From Octopus bimaculoides (Eukaryota), in the NCBI RefSeq assembly GCF_001194135.2, contig NC_069007.1, forward strand, positions 16,985,340 through 17,045,410: 60,071 nucleotides of DNA. Direction: 5' to 3'. The notes below the pieces were generated by a model. The model was given only the letters and a program-made list of their open reading frames with translations, was not told where the DNA came from and searched no databases. Below, in pieces: positions 14,116-24,960 of the stretch. The translations under genes and the position numbers were made by a program. Position 1 is the first letter of the stretch, and the number at the start of each line of letters is the position of its first letter.

Positions 14116-17100
14116 GTAAGTAAATTCTTTTTTCTTATCATTGATGTTGAGAATTTTCGACATCTCGCCAATTTTGAAATCTTAAACTCGTTATCTTTTA
14201 AATAGTGCTCCACGTCCAGTGACAGTTGAACCCCTTGACCAAAAGGACGAAGAAGATGGATATCCGGAAAAGTTCATCAATAAAACTGATGCCTACAAGA
14301 AGTGAGTTTTTTCAAATTTTCTTGTATTTTTAGCCTACTTGTAAACTTTTTCTTAATATACCCCTTACTAAATATTTACTTTAATATTAATAGGGACAGA
14401 GAATCAGAACCTCGCTTTGCACCTCCTGGCTCTTTTGAATATGAGTTTGGTCTGCGCTGGAAAGAACTTGAAGAACTTGAGAAACAACAGCATGAAGGTG
14501 TCAAGAAAGCTATGGAAGAGTCTCGCCTCAAATTGGAAGATGAAATGGAAAATGCAATGTTTGAACAACAAGCTGAAATGATCCGTCAAGGTATGTTTTT
14601 ATCTAGTGTTCAGATATCAGTGTTGAATACCTGATTGTAGAGAAACTGACAACAGTGGGCACAGGTAATGTTGTATGTAGAATGTGTAATAATTTGTGTT
14701 GTCCTTATTTATTGCAGCCAATTTTCAATAATCTTTTTCTGTACTTTCCTTCAAGACTTACTGCGACAGCAGGAAGAACTTAGAAGACTTGAAGAAATAC
14801 GTCAACAAGAACAAATTCGCCGTAGACAAGAATTAGAAATGAGGTAAATTGTTTTCTTTTTTTTCCACTTGATAAACTTAATTGCCTGTATGTCTCGTTT
14901 GCTGCTTGGAAGTTTGGACAATTTTTACTTATATAAATTTTCTCTTAAATTGATATCCCAACAGGCGCCAGGACGAAGAAAGGCGACGGCAAGAAGATGA
15001 CCGAAGGCGTACAGATTTACTGTTGAGATCCCAGGAAATTCGTCGTCGACAAATGGGACAAGAATCTATGGGTAGGGATCGTCCAGGAGACATGATGGGA
15101 AGACAGGCAAGTGCTTTTTATTTTTTCTTGTAAGGAATTTTGGAGTTGAATTGTTCTCCTTGACCTATGTTTGTTCTGCAGCCTATGAAGGAGTTGAATT
15201 ACATTCAAATCCATGCTTTTTTGATTTACAAAAATGTTCTTAAGAAAATGTAATGAATTATAAGAATATAGAGAAGTTCTGTGTTCAAAACCTGTCTCAT
15301 TTAAGAAATTTAATCAGTTTAAGAATTTTATTATCCAAGGCAGAATACTTCAAAAATACTAGTAAACTTGATTGGAATTTCAGTACTTTCTTTTGCTTCA
15401 AATAGCTTCATATTCTTGGAGCTTTACTTAATATAATAAAGATGGTATTATGTTAGTTGCTACAATAAATTAGATAAGTCACCAGAAATGTTTTGTTTAG
15501 TTTAAAATAGTGATGTATGGAAGCAGGGTTGTTTCTTTTTTCCCTGTTCCACTTAAAAAATTTCATTGGCTGGTCATAGCATGCGATCGGTGATGTTAGT
15601 AAATAGTAACAGGTCTGTTGTTGATAGTTACACTAGCGTTTATTTTCCTCTGTAGGGTGGTAGTCCAGCAATGAATGATAATCAGCAGAGAGGTAGAAAC
15701 ACCAACACTGGTGCACCTCCTCTCCCACCTCCTCCCCCACCTCCTGCAGCTATGGGACTTGACAGACCTGGCCAGAATCAGGTAAATTTTTTTTTATGAA
15801 AGCTCAATGGGTTTTATATTTCAGTGCTTTTTAAATATTGCATATTTGTATCACAAGTGGAGCTTGTTTGTTTTGAACTGAAGAGTAGATGACTGACAAT
15901 TGATTTCATTTTGTAGATGACTGGTGGAGGAAGTATGAGTGGTGGTTACAATTACAGTAACCAAGGACCTATGGGTGGACAGAACATGGGTGGAGGACCT
16001 GGTGGCAGTGGCAATACTAGCAACTCTAATATGGGTGGAGGCCCAACGGGTGGAGGAATGACTGCAAATTCTATGGTAAATGTTACATAACTATTTTCTT
16101 GGAATTTTTTCATTCTTGGTTTTATGTGAACTAAAATAAAAACTAGAATAAATGTTTCACTTTTGCTCACATATTTAACTGTATCCTTTTAGGTTAAAAT
16201 GAACCAAAGTGTACCCAACAGAATGGTAAGTGAAAATTTTATTTATAGTTGCTGATTTAAAAGGACTATAATTTTTTTTTCAAAAATCCCCACCACCTCC
16301 AAGTGGATTGAAATATATCCTGGTNNNNNNNNNNNNNNNNNNNNNNNNNNNNNNNNNNNNNNNNNNNNNNNNNNNNNNNNNNNNNNNNNNNNNNNNNNNN
16401 NNNNNNNNNNNNNNNNNNNNNNNNNNNNNNNNNNNNNNNNNNNNNNNNNNNNNNNNNNNNNNNNNNNNNNNNNNNNNNNNNNNNNNNNNNNNNNNNNNNN
16501 NNNNNNNAATCCTGACCATTTTTGGTCAGTTTTCATAATTGTGTTTATAGTATTGTGAAAAATAAACTCCAGCTTCATCTCCACATATAATTACCTAGGA
16601 TTTGTTTAACAAGAAATCTATTTTAAAATAGTGTTTATTGATTTGTATGTGTTGACCAAATCCAAGCTGCTGAACTTGATGTAAAGAAAAGTTTGTTTTT
16701 TCCCCCCACTTCAGTTAGGCTTATAGTATTTCGACATAAGCATCAACTCAGATCATGTGTGGAATCTATGATAGTTGTCTTGGTAGACTCATGTTGGATT
16801 CAGTCTTCACTTGACAATGTTTAATCTCGTGATATATATAGCATTCATTTAAACCTGGTTTACAATGCTAGTTCTAGGCCATATATCAATTGCTATTTGA
16901 GTAATCTCAGATATACTTTCTTAGTGAGTTTCTCCAGGACAATTTACCAAAGTGAAACTCATTCACTTATGCTATCCCATTTCTATATGTAAAATTGTAT
17001 CAACTCTCCACTTGTGTACCGCTAATACAAAACAACTTCAGTAAAATAGATTTGGCACATACTGTACAAACATTTCCTATTATACGCATTCAATTTATTT

Positions 17101-20100
17101 ATCCTACAAATTTCTCATGTATTTTAATACAGCTTTAAATCAAAATTTTGTAATTCAATATTTTGTTTCTGTGATATCTTTCTTATCACAGTGTAAAAAT
17201 GATCTTGGTATAAAACCCCTGTGGGTTTTTTTCTATTGGCTATACCAAGAAGCCATCTAATTCGGTTCTTTTCAATAAAACTGAATAGAATATTAGGATG
17301 TTCACTTGAACTTCATTTTTCATATGAAATCTATCAACTCTTGCCCTTGGAACTCTCCAACACATTTGATGCTCTTCAAATATAAACTTCATTAAAGTGA
17401 ATATTTGACACTTAGTACATTTCTTGTGTTCTATTGGGACAATTGGTATTTTGGCTTCATGTAGAGTCTTTCAGATTAAAAAAAAAATAGCACGCATTGC
17501 CTCCTAGTAATAGTAATGGGTGTTAAATAATTGCTCTCTTTCATGCATACACTTTGCACACCTTTTTTTTTTTTATATAAAAGTGTGTAGAGGAGTCAAG
17601 TAGCTATATGTGACTACCTCTATTATTGATTATAAATGAGCCAGTACCAGTTCCTGTTTTATTTTCTATATTGATGTTTCTTTAAAAGTTAAAATATTAC
17701 ATATTTTTTGAATTCTTTTGGAACCTTTTACTTAATCTTTTCCATTTCTTGTATTTAGTGAATAGAAATATATTTGGTTATATTTAATAACATAGTCGAT
17801 CATATTTGTACCGATAAATTGTCTATAATATCTTGGCTGCAAGTCATCTGAAACCTATCATTTGTAATGACCAAGTTAGGAATATAGCTGTTGTCTTTAC
17901 TTTTTTTTTTTTTTTTNNNNNNNNNNNNNNNNNNNNNNNNNNNNNNNNNNNNNNNNNNNNNNNNNNNNNNNNNNNNNNNNNNNNNNNNNNNNNNNNNNNN
18001 NNNNNNNNNNNNNNNNNNNNNNNNNNNNNNNNNNNNNNNNNNNNNNNNNNNNNNNNNNNNNNNNNNNNNNNNNNNNNNNNNNNNNNNNNNNNNNNNNNNN
18101 NNNNNNNNNNNNNNNNNNNNNNNNNNNNNNNNNNNNNNNNNNNNNNNNNNNNNNNNNNNNNNNNNNNNNNNNNNNNNNNNNNNNNNNNNNNNCTGCTTTC
18201 AAACTGGTGAACATTCTGGTCCACATGCAAGCCTGTAATGTGAACCGGTGGAATGGCAAATATTGAAACATTTTGTTTGGTGCAGTTCTATATTTAAGAC
18301 ATTAGGGAATTATGTACATTGTTTACAATTGATGGATATTTGTCCTCATCGTGTTTGTTGTTAACAGTTTCAGATGATATACCCTCAAGCCTTCATCAGG
18401 TGTCTTGGGGAAATTTTGAACCTGGGTTCTCATTCCTAAGGTATTTTTCGATATTATTATTCAGGTCACTGCCTGGAATAGAACTCAATCTAGGGGTTAG
18501 TAGCCTGCACTCTTAACCACTACGCCATATGGCGTAGTAGTTAAGAGCGCAGGCTACTAACCCCTAGATTGAGTTCTATTCCAGGCAGTGACCTGAATAA
18601 TAATATCGAAAAATACCTTAGGAATGAGAACCCAGGTTCAAAATTTGCCCAAGACACCTAATAAAGGTTGGAGGGTATATCAGCTGAAACTGTGTTAACA
18701 ACAAACAAGACAAAGACATATCCGCCAATTGTAAATAATATATTTTGTTTGGTATTTGTGTGTGGATATGTTCAATGCTTGCACTCGGAGTTGTTGCTGT
18801 TGTTTTTTTTATTTATTTTTTTTATTTATACACTCATGAGTTTTGTACCTGAAAGTTTAAGTATTCCCATACAAAAAAAATGTAAAGCCTAGTGACTGCA
18901 GAGGGTTATCTACTAAAGACCTTTATGTTCATTTATAATGTTTAGCAAGATCTCATCAAATGGAGGCCCTTATATTACTTGGATTGTGTGGGGGTGCCTC
19001 ATTTTGCTGGAACTAAAATTCCACATTAGAAAGTCCTCTTGAAGGCTTCACTTGACACAGTTGCAGCAATTTCAAGTAAATGGGACAGTATCGCTAAGAA
19101 AGAGCAATTGAATTAATCCTGTTGATAAGCAACACTTTAGAGCAGGGGTTTTCAAACTTTTTGACTTGCAGACCCCTTTGTATTTCAGGCTTTATCTTAT
19201 AAACGCTTATGAAATTTATACATAAATATTTGCTTAAAATAAGCATATTTTTACATTTATTTATTTAACAGTATTTAACAAATAGGTTTATTGTCAATTA
19301 AAAGATTTCGATTAAAAAACATATATAAAATCAAATTGCCCATAAAAAGAATTTGCTGTCCACGGACCCCCTGTCTTGTCCTTGTGTGGGGACCGCAGTT
19401 TGAAAACCCCTGCTTTAGAGAACTCCTGGTAAACTAACTTATGATAGTTAACTGCAGCCATTTAGTATAAATATATCTGCATTCAAAGAACTTTCGTTGA
19501 AAAGTTTTTGTCTTCTGCACATCTTTACGAGTACCACTTGGAAAACTCCGGACTTTTCAAGATTCAATGGACACTTAATTTTGAAATTCCTATCTCATGA
19601 CTCAGAGCACAGGTTTTCTTGAACTCTTGCCATATGTTTCTAGTACTCTTTTATGCTTTGTGGAGCTTGTTGACATTCATGGACATTCTAAGTAGTACCA
19701 TCTGTTACAAACTTCTCTTATTCAGCTGATTGGTAAGTCGTGTCGCTGAATCTATTTGAAAGTCCCTCCAAAACTGTTTTTTGTTCTTTGACTACATTTT
19801 CAAACTGCCAGTGGCCCGTTAGAGTAAATGCATTTTGTTCAAAGTTTAGTCTGGCTCCCTTCATTATTTCCAATGGGTTAAATCTAAAAAGAAATGAAAA
19901 TTGAGTTATTAGCTGTTAAAGTGTGTATACAGTTTTTGGGACACCTTGTATGTATATATGTGTATAGATATATCAGCTTTTATATATGTATAGATAGAAA
20001 TAACAAGATATCAAGTCATGTACTTTAAGTGATGACATCAGAGCTGAGTTCTCAATTTGTTAATCTGCATGTGCTCGCAAACTGCTTGAGCTGATGAGGG

Positions 20101-21805
20101 ACCCTCTAAGCTGTCACACAGCTTGCTAGAAACAAATTTCCCTTCTGTTGTCTTATAAAGAAAGACAAGTTAGTTACTCTTCATGCCTTCTGGAAGAGGT
20201 GTTGGATATGGCAAGAATTGTTTCGACTTATAGGCCTACTTCATCAGGTTGATCTAGAGCTAAATACTATAAAACACTTTTGCGAACACTGTTCTGTCAT
20301 TGAAACTGCTATTTAGAATTCACTTGTACTCCTGTCTAATGAATCCCTGCAGACTTTCATTGAACTGCAGTTTTGAAGTTGTTGGCCTTGTTTCTCCAGG
20401 GATATGTTATAACAAGTGAAAATTGTCAATTTACAACTAACTAGTTTTTTGTAGAACAGTAACTAAGTTACTTTGTACTTATTGGAAACTTAAACTTGCA
20501 AGAATATTTAATATTTACTGATAGTTGAATCAGTATCTGTTCTTTCAAATGTTTTTTTTTTATTTTTTAATAGTAGCTGCAAACTAACATTTATAACTGG
20601 CAGTTTTGTCACATATGGATGTCTTTTCCATAAAGAAACAAAAACTGACCCCTTCCAAATGAGTTGCTAATAAAATAGCTCATGACTTATGAAGGGTTTT
20701 CAGTAGGGGGCCATAGTAAATTTAATTGCTTTTAAGGATTTGATTAAATTCATTTGTGACAGTTCCTTACTCATTATAACTAATAACTTAGAGAAATGTC
20801 TATATTCTTAATAGACATTAGATTTAAATAGGACTGTTTCAATAATGGTTCTGCATTTGATTCCATACTCACCCAACCTAAAATCTTATACAGTTTTTAT
20901 TTCAGGTTTCATTTCACTAGTCCTCTCTACTAAGACTTGTAGTATTCAGTGTATTCCGTAACTGTTTTACATGCGTCCTTCCTATAATGCTATTTGCCTT
21001 TCTCTTGTTATATAATATATTTGTTACATATATATATATATATATATAATCATGATAAATACATATTTATATATTACATATAATATATATTTGCAGACAT
21101 ATTTGCATGAATATATTTATATAATATATATTGATATATATTTATATATATTTACAAAATATATTCATATAATATATATTTAATACAATATATATTTTAC
21201 ATAATGTATATTTATATATGTATATTTACATAATATATATATTTAAGATATATATTTATATAATATATATATATATATATTCACATAATGTATATTTATG
21301 TAATGTATATATATATATATATATTTACATAATATATATTTTATTAAGATATATATTTATAATCTCCCTTGATCTTACTACTCATTCTGATGATATGCCC
21401 TTTTAACTTGAACAGCGTCAGTCTCGCTACGATCAACCTGGGGATAACAACTTTGGAGGTACTGACAATTACGGGTCAGCAGGAATGGGCAGCAGTGCTG
21501 CCAGTGCCATGGGTGGCGGTGGCGGCCCACCTATCAGTAGTGGTCAGATGGGTGGTGGACCAAATGGTCCACCCAGCTTGTTCAATTCCAATATGGGAGG
21601 GAACATGCCTGGGGCTGGCAACAGTGGCATGCGAGGTGGTGGAGGAGGAGGAGGCGGCGGAGGTAGTGGCGGCGGCAGTGGTGGAGCTGGCGGCGGAAGC
21701 AGTGGAAGCGGAAATAGTGCTGACAGAGGTAACATGATGGACAGACGCAGAGAGAATGCCAACAGAGAAGATTATGCTGAGATGAAAAGAATGCGGCGAT
21801 ATTAA
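13814..21805 (+). CDS. NONO: DBHS-family RNA-binding protein (NONO/SFPQ/PSPC1 homolog, invertebrate nonA/Hrp65 type), 5'-partial; joined exons 13814-14115, 14206-14301, 14394-14590, 14756-14843, 14965-15106, 15656-15781, 15917-16075, 16193-16225, 21416-21805
   Basis: Exons join in frame (1533 nt, 510 aa plus stop). They give the end of RRM1 ([15 protein letters not shown]), RRM2 ([46 protein letters not shown]), NOPS ([21 protein letters not shown]...[19 protein letters not shown]), a coiled coil, a Gly/Met/Pro-rich tail and a basic C-terminus (KRMRRY*). The family call is firm; the symbol stands for the family, not a specific paralog. Confidence 0.95.
14206..14301 (+). CDS. NONO: DBHS exon: start of NOPS domain
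   Basis: aaaTAG acceptor; (S)[31 protein letters not shown]; AA/GTGAGT donor; 90-nt upstream intron. Confidence 0.93.
14394..14590 (+). CDS. NONO: DBHS exon: NOPS and coiled coil
   Basis: [30 protein letters not shown]...EMIRQ; CAAG/GTATGT donor. Confidence 0.95.
14756..14843 (+). CDS. NONO: DBHS exon: coiled coil
   Basis: (D)[28 protein letters not shown]; phase 1 in, phase 2 out; AG/GTAAAT donor. Confidence 0.9.
14965..15106 (+). CDS. NONO: DBHS exon: end of coiled coil, with GC donor
   Basis: [47 protein letters not shown]; ends CAG/GCAAGT in phase 0, matching the next exon. Confidence 0.85.
15656..15781 (+). CDS. NONO: DBHS exon: Pro-rich low-complexity region
   Basis: ttttcctctgTAG acceptor; [42 protein letters not shown]; CAG/GTAAAT donor. 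Confidence 0.88.
15917..16075 (+). CDS. NONO: DBHS exon: Gly/Met/Asn-rich region
   Basis: ttttgTAG acceptor; 53 codons [21 protein letters not shown]...ANSM; ATG/GTAAAT donor. Confidence 0.88.
16193..16225 (+). CDS. NONO: DBHS 33-nt microexon ([11 protein letters not shown])
   Basis: atccttttAG acceptor; ATG/GTAAGT donor; phase 0-0; no stop. Confidence 0.75.
18313..18742. mobile_element. Head-to-head pair of a tRNA-headed SINE (family C) forming a spacerless palindrome
   Basis: Centre TACGCCAT/ATGGCGTA at 18528/18529; inner 118-bp arms have 2 mismatches; A-box TGGCGTAGT(G/A)G and a degenerate B-box in each arm. Confidence 0.85.
19143..19412. mobile_element. hAT (Charlie-like) MITE, 270 bp
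   Basis: Perfect 16-bp TIR CAGGGGTTTTCAAACT; perfect 8-bp TSD CTTTAGAG at 19135-19142 and 19413-19420. Confidence 0.92.
21010..21362. repeat. Almost pure A/T degenerate minisatellite (atatatttacataat-like units)
   Basis: Direct inspection. Confidence 0.85.
21416..21805 (+). CDS. NONO: DBHS proximal terminal coding exon (Gly-rich, ends KRMRRY*)
   Basis: aaCAG acceptor; [15 protein letters not shown]..., in frame with ORF 21485-21805; basic C-terminus like the DBHS C-terminal NLS. Confidence 0.92.
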   Translation, partial: RQSRYDQPGDNNFGGTDNYGSAGMGSSAASAMGGGGGPPISSGQMGGGPNGPPSLFNSNMGGNMPGAGNSGMRGGGGGGGGGGSGGGSGGAGGGSSGSGNSADRGNMMDRRRENANREDYAEMKRMRRY

Positions 21806-24566
21806 AAAAACAAAACAAAATGATACAAACAAAAAAAAAAAAACTTTACACCCATGCCATTGACATTATTTTGACAGCAACTCATTTATCTTAACTTTTA
21901 CTGTAAATGTATCAATTTATTCCTGGAGAACTTAATATCATGTAGTGGACAGTAGTAAAACCATTACTTGTTGGTGTCACCATCCTTGTGCTCTTCATAT
22001 CAGTGTTTCACTGATTATTCATAGTCTAAAATAAGGATTTCATCATCATGACTCTAATTTTGTCATATTCATTTCGACTTAACAGTCTAATAAACATTGT
22101 GACCTTTAACTTGAATTTTGTGCCTGATTTAACTGATTTTTTTTTTTTTTTCCCATTTTATTTATTAATTTTTTAAAAATCATTGTTTCTTTATAGAAGT
22201 TGTATTATCTTGGCAAAATGTTCTTTTGGGATCATTCTGATGATCTTATAAGTCATTTCTGACTTTACTTACTGTACCTATAAACTGAACTTTACTGAAG
22301 ATAATACAACTTTAAGTGTTACTGCCAATGACTTGAGTTTTTCCATCTCACTAATGTCATTGTCTAATGCAGCAACTTTAATAAGTGAGCTCCTTAAATT
22401 ATTCCCTATCTTAGTGTTAAAAAGATCTTGCAGGAAAAAAGTAAAATGCAAAAAGTCACATGTACTTCATAAGCCACTGTAATTTGGCCTGTTCTTTGAT
22501 GATGCCATCTTTTATTATAAGCTCTGGCCACTTAACCTGAAGCCATCCCTGGCTCATCTGTAGCACTGGGAAGCTACTTGGTACATGGTCTTGTTCCTAA
22601 ACTATCAAATTTGGTTGTCAATATGGTTGTTCGATTCATCTTTTAAAGGGAAAAAAAATTACTCTTTTTCTCTGATTTGCTTCCTTATAGCACATTTTTT
22701 AGATTTCAGATTTGGCATGTCATGGTTGAGAACTTGATATTGTTGGGGTGTTTCCTCTTTAGCTCCTCCCTCTTTGCTGTTTCATTTTTTTTAGCAGGGT
22801 TTCAGATTTGTCTAATTTCAATTCAAGATTTACATAGTTAGTGGTAAGGAGTCCCTCACAATAATTCTTTGTTTAGCTGGTCATAGCTCTGGGGAAGTGT
22901 ATTTTCTTAAAGTTTGAAGTATACTGTGTGACCTGTTACAAACCAAGAGTAGTATTGTAGTTTTACATCTTGTATTTAAATGTGTGGGGGTGTATTTTAC
23001 ACCACCCCTCTTCCTTGAGATATTTGATCATTTCAAAAGTTTTTATATACTTAATAATTAGTTTTCTAAAGAAAAAAGCTAATGCTTCAAACTAATAATG
23101 CTTCTTGTGATAATCTGATAGAAATAAAAACTTCAACTTCCCTTCCTCTCCTTCCATGACATGCCAAATAAATTTTTATACAATTAGATTTTGTGCACAA
23201 TTTCTCAGTCTTGTTTTCAACAAGACACATTTGGCAGATGTATGTATCAAGTGTCTAGATACTTGGACCATACACACTTTCTCTTAATTATCTTGTATTC
23301 TAGGATTTCTATTCATTTTAAGATATTTCTAAACTGGGGGGAAAAGTACTCCTTTGAGAGAGCAAGGCAAATTTCTCTAATCTTAGTCTCCAAGTATTCA
23401 TCAAGCATTAACTTGTGCAAATTGAGGATTATGAAATGGCAGTTTACTAGTGTGAATTGTAAACCTCATCAGAAATATTCACTGCTTGACTTTTCATTTC
23501 TTGCTTATCCATTTTGTCACACCCTGAAGTGGTATTAAGGAATTGTTTCATTTGCTATTACAATGAAACATTTTAATTTTTTAAATGTAAATATTTAAAA
23601 TGAATCACTATATACATTATATATACACATATATGATGTATATAGGATGAGATATTTGTTGTAATTTCAAACGGTCATTGGAAGAAAAAATGTTTTCTAA
23701 TTTTGCAAAGCAAATAGAAAACAATGGAATGATTTGCTTAATATCAATTAATGTCTGAAGACTTAAAAAAACTGCTATAATTTTTAAATGTCAATAAATT
23801 TGCTACTCTGATTACTGTGCTAATTTTTATTTTTCTCTGGCTATTAACAAAAAGAAAGAAAAGAAAAAAAAGTTAACATGTCTCTTGCAAGTTGTGACTA
23901 TAAACAGTTAGGTCACACATGTAATGGGTGAAGCATTCCAAATACTTGAAATTTCTGCAATCATTTTATGTAGATATGAGTTATCCAACACTTTGCATAA
24001 CCATAGCAATAGCTCATTTGTGCCACCATCTGCTCAAGTATACTGGTGAACATTAGTATACTAGTAGTACAGTGTATCTTTTTAAAGCAATACCTGCTGT
24101 TAATGGAAGTAATCACTGTAAAATTTTTGCTGTAAAAGTCTAGTTGAACTGGAGGACTGGGAACATTTTCTGTAATGCATGGGCTCAACAATTGAATGCA
24201 GGTTATGTTTACTGGCTTGTCTGATTTCAGAATCTCATTAAGTATTATATTTAAATGATTTTGGATAATGTCATAATTGTAATGTTAAAAACTTGGAAAT
24301 TTGAAAGTTAATTTGTTACTATTGAAGTTAGTTACTATTGAAGTTTTTACATAATGAAATTCTTCAGACAAGCTGTGATAGATGTTTTCTGTTCAAGAAA
24401 GTGTCTGTCACAAACTTATGTGTACTTCATACTTTACATACTGTGTGTGAGTGTGTGCACAAGTCAAAGTAACTGTGCACTTGTCTAAGAAACTGCATAT
24501 GGAAATACTATACTGTGGTGTGTGAGAATGTGTAGGAGACTCTGTGTTTTAGGAAATTGTCTCTGT

Positions 24567-24758
24567 TTAACCCTTTTGTTACTGTAGTTCTATTCAAATG
24601 TACCCCTTTCAAATCATTTTGAAAATAACGAATATAGTAAAATAACTTTGACCTTAAACTGATGTTTGGAACAAATTAACATGAAATTTAAATGGAAAAT
24701 TTTAAGCCTGTGTCTTAAATAGGGACAATCTCGGATGGGTTGGTATCAAAAGGGTTAA
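24567..24758. mobile_element. TTAA-flanked (piggyBac-type) MITE
   Basis: TTAA-CCCTTTTGTTAC...GTATCAAAAGGG-TTAA. Confidence 0.75.
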
Positions 24759-24759
24759 G

Positions 24760-24960
24760 TAAACTCTCTTTCTCTCTCTGTTTAAGTGAACTGTCTCTTT
24801 CCAAGAAAACTTATTGTGTGTTTAAGAAAACTGCTTCTCTGTGTTAAAGTAAACTGTCTTCTGTCTGTATGAAAACTGCCTCTCTCTTTCTGTTTAAGAA
24901 AACTATCTCCAGATAGTTTTCTTAAGTACACATGTTTAAGAAAAACTACCTCTTACCACT
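24760..24960. repeat. Degenerate ~20-bp minisatellite (tgtttaagaaaactgtctct-like)
   Basis: Repeated aagaaaact...ctct motif; related units at ~24390-24566 on the other side of the TTAA MITE. Confidence 0.6.

Noticed and set aside
18529-18595. tRNA-like sequence
   Set aside because: Degenerate B-box and acceptor stem, continuing into a SINE body; not a functional tRNA gene
20029-20093. C/D snoRNA-like GTGATGA...CTGA...CTGA
   Set aside because: No terminal stem, no recognisable rRNA guide, and it overlaps repeat-like sequence
20220-20247. Minus-strand CTGATGA...GTCGAAAC hammerhead-like motif
   Set aside because: Four extra nt before stem II, no ACGT or closable stem III with UH, and no stem I; at best a dead relic
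21369-21832. Several overlapping and antisense ORFs at the DBHS last exon
   Set aside because: Shadows of the Gly-rich coding exon
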